64,000 nucleotides of DNA, from NCBI RefSeq assembly GCF_009914755.1, contig NC_060940.1; one strand, given 5' to 3'. Source of the DNA: the human T2T-CHM13v2.0 reference genome, Homo sapiens. The notes beneath the pieces are model-generated. The model was not told the origin of the DNA, did no database searches, and saw only the letters and a list, made by a program, of their open reading frames with translations. Of this stretch, positions 12,901 to 25,464 are shown in pieces (position 1 is the first letter of the stretch; every line of letters begins with the position of its first letter). Both the position numbers and the translations under genes were made by a program.

Positions 12901-15900
12901 CGATGATGATTCCCTTTGATTCCATTCAAAGATGATTCCATTCTAGCCCATTCAATCATTCCATTCGATTCTATTCAATGATGATTCCATTCATGTCGAT
13001 TTGGTGATTCCATTTGACTTCATTTGATGATGATTCCTTTCAAGTTCATTAGATGATTCCATTCGATTCCATTTGATGATGATCCCATTCGAGTCCATTC
13101 AGTGATTCCACTCGTTTCCATTCCATGATGATTCCATTCCATTCCATTTAATGATTCCATTCGATTCCGTTTGATGATGATTTCATTCGAGTCCATTTGA
13201 TGATTCCATTTGATTCCATTCGATGATGATTCCATTCGAGTCCATTCGATGATTCTATTCGAATCCATTTGATGATTTCTTTTGATTATAGTTGGTGATG
13301 ATTCCATTGGAGTCCATTCAATGATTCCATTCTATTCCAATCGATGGTGATTCCATTAGAGTCCATTTAATGATTCCATTTGATTCCAGTCTCTGATGAT
13401 TACATTCGAGTCCATACGATGATTCCACTCAATTCCATATGATGATGATTCCATTCGATTCCATTCGATGATTCCATTCTATTCTATTCAATGGTGATTC
13501 CATTCGAGTACATTAGATGATTCCATTCGATTCCATTCAATGATGATTCTATTTGTGTCCCTTAGATGATTCCACATGATTCCATTAGATGATGATACTA
13601 TTTGAGCCCATCCAATGATTCCCTTCGATTCCATTCGATGAGGATTCCATTCGATTCAATTCATTGGTGATTCTATTCAATTCAATTCTTTGATTCCATT
13701 CCATTCCATTCGACAATGATTCCATTCGATTTCTTTCGATGATTCCACTCGATTCCCCTTGACATTGATTCCCTTCGATTCCATTCAATGATTCCATTTG
13801 ATTCCAGTGGATGATGATTGCCGTCGATTCCATTCGATCACTCCATTCTGTTCCATTTGATGATGATTACATTCGATTCCATTTGATGATTCCATCTGAT
13901 TCTATTCGAGGATTCCATTTGATTCCATTCGATGATGATTCCATTCGAGTCCATTCGATGGTTTCATTCGAGTACATCCAATGATTCCATTCGAGTCCAT
14001 TTGATGATTCCATTTGATTCCATTTCATAATGATTCTACTAGAGTCCATTCAATGACTCCATTGGAGTCCATTCAACACTTCCATTCGACTCCATTTGAT
14101 GATTCCATTCGATTCCATTTGATGATTCCATTCGAGTCCATTTAATCATTACAGTCGAGTCCATTTGGTGATTCCACTGGATTTCTTTAGATAATGATAC
14201 CATTCAATTACATTTGATGATGATCCCATTCAATTTCATTTGATGATGATTCCATTAGAGTCCATTCGATGATTTCATTCGAGTCCCTTCATTGATTCCA
14301 TCCGATTTCATTGGATGATGACTCCATTCGAGTCCATTCGATGATTCCACTCGATTCCATTAGATGACTCCATTGGAGTCCATTTGATTGTTCCATTCGA
14401 TTCCATTCGATTCCTTTCGAAGATTATTCCATTTGAGTCCATTCGATGATGATTCCATTCCATTCCATTCGATGATTCCGTTTGATTCCATTCGATGAAT
14501 CCCTTCGATTCCTTTCTTTGATGATTCCATTCCATTCCATTCAATGATTCCATTCGAATCTATTCCATGATGATTTCTTTCGATTCCATTCGCTGATGTT
14601 TCCTTTCAATTCCATTCGATGATGATTCCATTCGATTCCATTCATTGAGGATTCCATTTGATTCCATTCAATGATGTTTCCGTTCTATTCCATTCAATGA
14701 TTGCATTCAATTCCATTCAATGATTATCCCCTTAGAGTAAACTCAACGATTCCATTCAATACCATTCGATGATGATTCCTTTTGAGTCCATTCAATGATT
14801 TCATTCAAGTCCATTTGATGATTCCTTTCAATTCCATTCTATGATGATTCCATTCGAGTCCATTCCATGATTCCATTCGATTGCATTCGATGATTCCATT
14901 ATATTCCAGTCAACGATGATTCCATTCGAGTCCATTCGATGATTCCATTAGAGTACATTTAATGATTGCTTTGTTTTCAATTCGAAGATGATTACATTCG
15001 ATTCCATTCTATGATACCATTCGATTCCATTCAATGATGATTCCACTCAAATCCATTGGATGATTCCATTCGTGTCCATTCGGTGATTTCATTAGATTCC
15101 ATTCGAGGATGATTCCATTCGATTCCATTCGATGATTCCATTCAATTCCATTCGATGATGATTCCATTCCAGTCCATATGATCATTCCATTTGATTTCAT
15201 TCGATGATGATTCCATTCGATTCCATTCGATGATTCCATTCTATTCCATTCGATGATGATTCCATTCGAGTCCATTCGATGATTCCATTCGAGTCCATTT
15301 AATGATTCCATTGGGTTCAATTCAATGATGATTACATTGGATTCCATTCTATGATTCCATTCAATTCCGTTCATTGACAATTTGATTCCATTCGATGATG
15401 ATTCCATTTGAGTTCATTCGATGATTCTATTCGATTCTCTTCGATGGTGATTCAATTCTATTATATTGGATGATTCCATTCGATTCCATTTGATGTTGAT
15501 TCAATTCGATTCTATTCGATGATGATTCCATTGGATTTCACTTGATGATTCTATTCGATTCTATTCGATGATGATTCCATTAGATTTCACTTGATGATTC
15601 TATTCGATTCCATTCAATGATGATTCACTTCTCGTCCATTGGATGATTCCATTTCATTCCATTCGATGATGATTCCATTCGATTCCATTCGATGATTCCA
15701 TTTGATTCCATGCGACGGTGAGCAATTCGATTCAATTCCATGATGATTCTATTTGATTCAATTAGATGATGTTTCCATTCGAATCCATTCCACGATTATT
15801 CCATTGGAATCCATTTGGCGATGATTCCATATGAGTGAATTCAATGATGATTCCATATGGGTCCGTTCGATGATAATTCCATTTGATTTCATTCAATGCT

Positions 15901-16131
15901 TCTATTCTATTCCAGTCGATGATGATTCCGTTGGAGTCCATACGATGATTCCATTTGATTTCATTTGATGATGATTCCATTCGATGATGATTACATTGGA
16001 TTCCATTCTATGATACCATTCAATTCCATTCGTTGATGATTCGATTCCATTCAATGATGATTCCATTTGAGTTCATTCGATGATTCTATTCGATTCCGTT
16101 CGATGGTGATTCAATTCTCTTATATTGGATG
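9971..16131 (+). repeat. HSat2 macro-unit type C (6,161 bp)
   Basis: Anchor 10102->16263. Has a 16-bp deletion at ~10970 ('caggtttccattcgtgtcc'), a 170-bp segment at ~13230-13400 absent from B, and a 49-bp tandem duplication at 15504-15601. Confidence 0.9.
15504..15601 (+). repeat. Local 49-bp tandem duplication (also at 37763-37860)
   Basis: 'attcgattctattcgatgatgattccatt(g/a)gatttcacttgatgattct' occurs twice with one mismatch. It is single-copy in B, B' and D. Confidence 0.9.
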
Positions 16132-19100
16132 ATTCCACTCGATTCCATTTGATGATTATTCCATTGGGGTCCAATTAGTGAATCCTTTAGATTCTACTCG
16201 AAGATGATTCCATTCGAGTCCATTCAATGATACCATTCAATTTCATTCGTTGATGCTTCCATTCAAGTGCATTCGATGATATCATTCGATTCCATTTGAT
16301 GATAATTCCATTTGATTCCATGCGATGATTCTATTCGATTCCATTCAATGATAATTCCATTCAATTCAGTGATTCCTCTGGACTCCATTTGATGATTATT
16401 CCATTCAATGATTCCATTCGATTCTATTCCAAAATGATTCCATTTGAATCCATTTGATGATGATTCCATTAGATTCCATTTGATGATTCCATTCGATTCC
16501 ATTTGACGATGATTCCATTCGATTCCATTTGATGATTCCATTCTATTCTATTCGATTATGATTCCATTCGATTCCATTTGATGATGATTGGATTCGATTC
16601 CATTTGATGATTTCATTTGATTCCATTCGTTAATGATTTCGATCAACTCCATTCGATGATTCCATTTGATTCCATTCGATAATGATTACATCCGAGTCCA
16701 TTCGATGATTCCATTTGAGCCCGTTCGATAATTCCATTTGAGTCCAATCAATGATCCCATTCATTTCCATTCAATGATTCCATTCGAGTCCATTTGATCA
16801 TTCTGGTAGGGTCCGTTCGATGTTGATTCCATTGGAGTGCATTCGATGATTCCATTCGAGTCCATTTTATGATTTGATTCGAGTCCTTTCGATGATTCCA
16901 TTCGATTCCACTCGATGATGATTTCATTCGAGTCCATTCGACACTTCCAATCGATTCCATTTGATGTTTCCATTCGAGTCCAATTGATGATTCCATTCAA
17001 TTCCATTCGATGATGATTCCGTACGATTCCATTCTGTGATGATTCCATGTGATTGCATTCAATGATGATTCCTTTCGATTGCATTCGATTATGATTCATT
17101 TCGTGTTCATTCTATGGTTCCACAGGTTTCCATTCGATGACGTTTCCGTTCGTGTCCATTCCATTATTCCATTCTATTTCATTTGATGATGATTCCATTC
17201 GATTCCATTCATTGGTGATTCCACTCAATTCCATTCAATGATTCCATTCCATTTGTTTCAACAATGATTCCCTTAGTTTCTATTCGATGATCCACTTGAT
17301 TCCATTTGGCGATGATTCCATTCGTGTCCATTCGATGATTCCATTTGATTCCATATGATGATGATTCCATTCGATTCCATACCATGATGATTCCATTCGA
17401 GTCCATTCAATGGTGATTCCATTCAATTCCATTCGATGATTCCTTCCGATTCCATTCGATGATGATGGCATTCGATTCCTTTCAATCATTCCCTTTGATT
17501 CCATTCAAAGGTGATTTCATTCAAGTCCATTCGATAATTGCATTCGATTCCATTCTATGATGATTCCATTCGAGTCCATTTGATGATTCCATTCAATTCA
17601 AGTCAATGATGATTCCATTCGATTCCACTCGATGATTCCATTGGATTCCATTCGATGATGATTCCATTCAAATCCATTCGATAATTCAATTCAAGTCCAT
17701 TCGATGATGATTCCAATCGAATCCATTCAAAGATTCCATTCAATTCCATTCGATGATGATTCCCTTAGATTCCATTCGATGATTCCACTTGATTCCATTT
17801 ACGATGATTCCATTCGATTCCATGTGATGAATCCATTCAATTCTATTCAATGATGTTTCCATTTGATTCCATTGGACCATGATTGCCTTTGATTCCATTC
17901 AATGATTCCATTCGGTTCCATTTGATGATGATTCCGTTCGATTCCATTTCATTATTCCATTTGATTCCATTGGATGAGTCCGTTCGAATACATTCGATGA
18001 TTATTCCATTCGAGTGCATTAGATGATTGCATTCGAGTCCATTCGATGATTCCATTCGATTCCATTCGATGTTGATTCTGTTCAAATCCATTCGATGATT
18101 CCACTCGATTCCATTCGATGACTCCATTTGATCCCATTCGATGATTTCCTGTGATTCCCTTTGATGATCATTCTATTTGATTCAATTCGGTGATTTCATT
18201 TCATTCCATTCAGTGATGTTTCCATTCGACTGTATTCGATGATGATTCCATTCGACTCCATTCGATTATGATTTCATTCAATTCCATTCAATAATGATTC
18301 CCTTCGAGTCCATTCGATGATTCCATTCGATTCCATTCAACGATGATTTGATTCGTTTCCATTCGATGATTCCATTTGATTCCACTTGATGATGATTCCA
18401 TTCGAGTCCATTTGATGATTCCATTCGAGTCTATTTATGTATTATATTCGTGTCCACTTCATGATTCCATTCAATTCCATTTAATGTTGATTCCATTTGA
18501 TTCCATTTGATGATTCAGTTCGATTCCTTGCAATGATTCCCTACGATTCCTTTCTATTATGATTCCATTCGATTCCATTCATTGATGATTTCATTCGACT
18601 CCATTCGATGATGATTCCTTTCGATTCCATTTGACGATGTTTCCATTCGAGTCCATTCGATGATGATTCTATTCAATTCTGTTCTATTATGATTCCATTC
18701 GATTTCATTCAATGCTTCTATTTGATTCCATTCGATGATGATTCCATCTCTTTCCCTTCGATGATTCCATTTGATTCCATTCAGTGATGATTCCATTTGA
18801 TTCCATCTGATGATGATTTCACTTGATTCCTTTCAATGATGATTCAATTCAAGTCCATTCGATGATTCCATTGGAGTCCAAACGATCATTCCGTTCGATT
18901 CCATTCAATGGTGATTCCATTCATGTCCATTCGATGAATCCATTCAATTCCATTCGATGATGACTCCATTCGAGTACATTCGATGATTCCATTTGATTCC
19001 ATTTGAAGATGATTCCATTCAATTCCATTCGAAGATGATTCCATTCAATTCCATTCGATGATGATTCCGTATGAATCCATTCTCTGATTATTCCATTCGA

Positions 19101-20261
19101 TTCCATTCATTGACGATTCCATTCAATTCCATTCAATGATGATTCTCTTCTATTCCATTCGATGATTCCGGTCGATTCCATTCGATGATGATTCCATTAG
19201 ATTCCATTCGATTGTTGCATTCGATTCCCTTCGATGATGATTCCTTTGAATTCCATTCGATTATCATTCCGTATGAATCCATTTGATGATTATTCCATTG
19301 GATTCCTTTCGATGATGATTCCATTCGATTCCATTTGATGATGTTTCTCTTGTATTCCATTGGATAATTCCTTTCAGTTCCCTTCGATGATTATTCTTTC
19401 GAGTCAATTCGATGATTCTATTCCATTCCCTTCGATGATGATTCCATTTCACTCCATTTGATGATTCCATTCGACTCAATTTGGGGATGATTCAATTCGA
19501 TGACATTCGATGACTCCATTCAATTTCATTTGATGATGATTACATTCGAGTCCATTTGATGATTGTATTCCTTTCCTTTTGATGATTATTCCATGCGTGT
19601 CTATTCAAAGGTTCCATTCTATTCCATTCAATGATGATTGCATTTGATTCCATTCAATGATTATGGCTATCGATTCCACTCGTTGATTCCATTTGATTCC
19701 GTTCGATGATTATTCCGTTAGATTCCATTAGAAGATTCCATTCGATTTTATTCAATGATTCCAATGGATTCCATTCAATGATGATTCCATTCGACTCCAT
19801 TCAGTGATTCCATTCGAGTCCATTTGATGATTCCATTCTTTTCCATTTGATGATGATTCCATTAGGGTCCATTCAATGATTCCATTCGAGTCCATTCGTT
19901 AATGCCTTTCGAGTCCTTTTGATCACTACATTCGAGTCCATTCAATGATTCTATTCGATTCCATTCCATGATGATTCCATTCGAGTTCATTCGATGATTG
20001 CATTCGAGTCCATTTGATGATTCCATATGATTCCATTCGACAATGATTCCATTCGTGTCCATTTGATGATTCCATTCATTTCCTATCGATGAAGATTCCA
20101 TTCAAGTGTATTCGATGATTCCATTCAAATCCATTCGATGATGATTCCATTCCAGTCCATTCGATCATTCCACTTGATTCCATTTGATGACTATTCCATT
20201 CAAATCCATTTGATGATTCCATTCGATTCCATTCGATGTTACCATTCGAGTATATACGATG
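16132..20261 (+). repeat. HSat2 macro-unit type A, copy 2 (4,130 bp)
   Basis: Constant 16,131 offset from unit A1 (132->16263, 3731->19862) with scattered substitutions. Confidence 0.9.
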
Positions 20262-23200
20262 ATTCCACTCGATTCCATTTGATGATTATTCCATTGGAGT
20301 CCACTTAGTGAATCCTTTAGATTCTACTGGAAGATGATTCCATTCGAGTCCATTCGATGATACCATTCAATTCCATTCGTTGATGCTTCCATTCAAGTGC
20401 ATTCGATGATATCATTCGATTCCATTTGATGATAATTCCATTTGATTCCATGCGATGATTCTATTCGATTCCATTCAATGATAATTCCATTCAATTCAGT
20501 GATTCCTCTGGACTCCATTTGATGATGATTCCATTCAATGATTCCATTCGATTCTATTCGAAAATGATTCCATTTGAATCCATTTGATGATGATTCCATT
20601 GGATTCCATTTGATGATTCCATTCGATTCCATTCGATGATGATTCCATTCGATTCCTTTTGATGAATCCATTCTATTGTATTCGATGATGATTCCATTCG
20701 ATTCCATTCGATGATGATTGGATTCGATTCCATTTGATGATTTCATTTGATTCCATTCGATAAGGATTTCGATCAACTCCATTCAATGATTCCATTCGAT
20801 TCCATTCGATAATGATTACATCTGAGCACATTCGATGATTCCATTTGAGCCCGTTCGATAATTCCATTTGAGTCCAATCAATGATTCCATTCATTTTCAT
20901 TCAATGATTCCATTCGAGTCCATTTGATCATTCCGGTAGGGTCCGTTCGATGTTGATTCCATTGGAGTGCATTCGATGATTCCATTCGAGTCCATTTTAG
21001 GATTTGATTCGAGTCCTTTCGATGATTCCATTCGATTCCACTCGATGATTTCATTCGAGTCCATTCGACACTTCCAATCGATTCCATTTGATGTTTCCAT
21101 TCGATTCCAATTGATGATTCCATTCAATTCCATTCGATGATGATTCCGTACGATTCCATTCTGTGATGATTCCATGTGATTGCATTCAATGATGATTCCT
21201 TTCGATTGCATTCGATTATGATTCATTTCGTGTTCATTCTATGGTTCCACAGGTTTCCATTCGATGATGTTTCCATTCGTGTCCATTCCATTATTCCATT
21301 CTATTCCATTTGAAGATGATTCCATTCGATTCCATTCATTGGTGATTCCACTCAATTCCATTCAATGATTCCATTCCATTTCTTTCAACAATGATTCCAT
21401 TAGTTTCTATTCGATGATCCACTTGATTCCATTTGACGATGATTCCATTCGTGTCCATTCGATGATTCCATTTGATTCCATATGATGATGATTCCATTCG
21501 ATTCCATACGATGATGATTCCATTCGAGTCCATTCAATGGTGATTCCATTCAATTCCATTCGATGATTCCTTTCGATTCCATTCAATGATGATGGCATTC
21601 GATTCCTTTCGATCATTCCCTTTGATTCCATTCAAAGGTGATTTCATTCAAGTCCATTCGATAATTGCATTCGATTCCATTCTATGATGATTCCATTCGA
21701 GTCCATTTGATGATTCCATTCAATTCAAGTCAATGATGATTCCATTCGATTCCACTCGATGATTCCATTGGATTCCATTCGATGATGATTCCATTAAAAT
21801 CCATTCGATAATTCAATTCAAGTCCATTCGATGATGATTCCAATCGAATCCATTCAAAGATTCCACTCAATTCCATTCTATGATGATTCCCTTAGATTCC
21901 ATTCGATGATTCCACTTGATTCCATTTACGATGATTCCATTCGATTCCATGTGATGATTCCATTCAATTCTATTCAATGATGTTTCCACTTGATTCCATT
22001 CGAACATGATTGCCTTTGATTCCATTCAATGATTCCATACGGTTCCATTTGATGATGATTCCATTCGAGTGCATTAGATGATTCCATTCGAGTCCATTCG
22101 ATGATTCCATTCGATTCCATTCGATGTTGATTCTGTTCAAATCCATTCGATGATTCCACTCGATTCCATTCGATGACTCCATTTGATCCCATTCGATGAT
22201 TTCCTTTGATTCCCTTTGATGATCATTCCATTTGATTCAATTCGGTGATTTCATTTGATTCCATTCAGTGATGTTTCCATTCAACTCCTTTCGATGATGA
22301 TTCCATTCGACTCCATTCGATTATGATTTCATTCAATTCCATTCGATAATGATTCCCTTCAAGTCCATTCGATGATTCCATTCGATTCCATTCAACGATG
22401 ATTTGATTCGTGTCCATTCGATGATTCCATTTGATTCCATTTGATGATGATTCCATTCGAGTCCCTTTGATGATTCCATTCAATTCCATTCTCCGATGAT
22501 TTCTTTTGAGCCCATTCAATGCTTCCACTCGATTCCATATGATGATGACTCCATTTGATGAAATTCCATGATGATTCCATTCGCTTGCATTCGATGATGA
22601 TTCCACTTGAGTCCGTTAGAAGATTCTATTCAATTACATTCCATGACGATTCTGTTCGAGTCCATTTGATGATTCCATTAGACTCCATTCGACGATGATT
22701 CCATTCGATGTTATTCGATGATGATTCCATTCAACTCCATTCGATGTTTCCATTCGAGTTCATTCTATTATTCCATTAGATTCCATTCGATGATGATTCC
22801 ATTCGATTCCATTTGATGATTGCATTCTATTTCATTTGATGATGATTCCATTCGAGTCCATTCGATGATTCCATTCGAGTCCATTTAATGAATCCATTGG
22901 TTTCAATTCTATGATGATTACATTGGATTCCATTCGTTGATGATTTCATTCGATTCCATTCAATGATGATTCCATTCAATTCCATTCAATGATTCCATTC
23001 AATTCCATACGATGATGATTCCATTTGATTTGATTCGACAGTGAGCCATTCGATTCAATTCCATGATGATTCTATTTGATTCAATTGGTTGACATTTCCA
23101 TTCGATTCCATTCGATGATGATTCCATTTGATTCCATTCAAAGATGATTCCATTCTAGCCCATTCAATCATTCCATTCGATTCTATTCAATGATGATTCC

Positions 23201-25464
23201 ATTCATGTCGATTTGGTGATTCCATTTGACTTCATTTGATGATGATTCCTTTCAAGTTCATTAGATGATTCCATTCGATTCCATTTGATGATGATCCCAT
23301 TCGAGTCCATTCAGTGATTCCACTCGTTTCCATTCCATGATGATTCCATTCCATTCCATTCAATGATTCCATTCGATTCCGTTTGATGATGATTTCATTC
23401 GAGTCCATTTGATGATTCCATTTGATTCCATTCGATGATGATTACATTCGAGTCCATACGATGATTCCACTCAATTCCATATGATGATGATTCCATTCGA
23501 TTCCATTCGATGATTCCATTCTATTCTATTCAATGGCGATTCCATTCGAGTACATTAGGTGATTCCATTCGATTCCATTCAATGATGATTCTATTTGTGT
23601 CCCTTAGATGGTTCCACATGATTCCATTTCATGATGATACTATTTGAGCCCATCCAATGATTCCCTTCGATTCCATTCGATGAGGATTCCATTCGATTCA
23701 ATTCATTGGTGATTCTATTCAATTCAATTCTTTGATTCAATTCCATTCCATTCGACAATGATTCCATTCGATTTCTTTCGATGATTCCACTCGATTCCAC
23801 TTGACATTGATTCCATTCGATTCCATTCAATGATTCCGTTTGATTCCAGTGGATGATGATTGCCATCGATTCCATTCGATCACTCCATTCTATTCCATTT
23901 GATGATGATTACATTCGATTCCATTTGATGATTCCATCTGATTCTATTCGAGGATTCCATTTGATTCCATTCGATGATGATTCCATTCGAGTGCATTCGA
24001 TGATTTCATTCGAGTACATCCAATGATTCCATTCGAGTCCATTTGATGATTCCATTTAATTCCATTTGATTATGATTCTACTAGAGTCCATTCAATGACT
24101 CCATTCGAATCCATTCAACAATTCCATTCGAGGCCATTCGATGATTCCATTTCATGATTCCATTCGAGTCCATTTAATCATTACAGTCGAGTCCATTTGG
24201 TGATTCCTTTCAATTCCATTCTATGATGATTCCATTCGAGTCCATTCGATGATTCCATTCGATTGCATTCGATGATTCCATTATATTCCATTCAACAATG
24301 ATTCCATTCGAGTCCATTCGATGATTCCATTAGAGTACATTTAATGATTGCTTTGTTTTCAATTCGAAGATGATTACATTGGATTCCATTCTATGATACC
24401 ATTCGATTCCATTCAATGATGATTCCACTCAAATCCATTGGATGATTCCATTCGTGTCCATTCGGTGATTTCATTAGATTCCATTCGAGGATGATTCCAT
24501 TCGATTCCATTCGATGATTCCATTCAATTCCATTCGATGATGATTCCATTCCAGTCCATATGATCATTCCATTTGATTTCATTCGATGATGATTCCATTC
24601 GATTCCATTCGATGATTCCATTCTATTCCATTCGATGATGATTCCATTCGAGTCCATTCGATGATTCCATTCGAGTCCATTTAATGATTCCATTGGGTTC
24701 AATTCAATGATGATTACATTGGATTCCGTTCTATGATTCCATTCAATTCCGTTCATTGACAATTTGATTCCATTCGATGATGATTCCATTTGAGTTCATT
24801 CGATGATTCTATTTGATTCTCTTCGATGGTGATTCAATTCTATTATATTGGATGATTCCATTCGATTCCATTTGATGTTGATTCAATTCGATTCTATTCG
24901 ATGATGATTCCATTGGATTTCACTTGATGATTCTATTCGATTCCATTCAATGATGATTCACTTCTCGTCCATTGGATGATTCCATTTCATTCCATTCGAC
25001 GATGATTCCATTCGATTCCATTCGATGATTCCATTTGATTCCATGCGTCGGTGAGCAATTCGATTCAATTCCATGATGATTCTATTTGATTCAATTAGAT
25101 GATGTTTCCATTCGAATCCATTCCATGATTATTCCATTGGAATCCATTCGGCGATGATTCCATATGAGTCAATTCAATGATGATTCCATATGGGTCCGTT
25201 CGATGATAATTCCATTTGATTTCATTCGGTGCTTCTATTCAATTCCAGTCGATGATGATTCCGTTGGAGTCCATACGATGATTCCATTTGATTTCATTTG
25301 ATGATGATTCCATTCGATGATGATTACATTGGATTCCATTCTATGATTCCATTCAATTCCATTCGTTGATGATTCGATTCCATTCAATGATGATTCCATT
25401 TGAGTTCATTCGATGATTCTATTCGATTCCGTTCGATGGTGATTCAATTCTCTTATATTGGATG
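20262..25464 (+). repeat. HSat2 macro-unit type B' (5,203 bp; B with a 650-bp deletion)
   Basis: The offset to B drops from 16144 (7447->23591) to 15494 (8897->24391). Junction 'gtccatttggtgattcctttcaattcc' at ~24191-24217. Confidence 0.9.
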
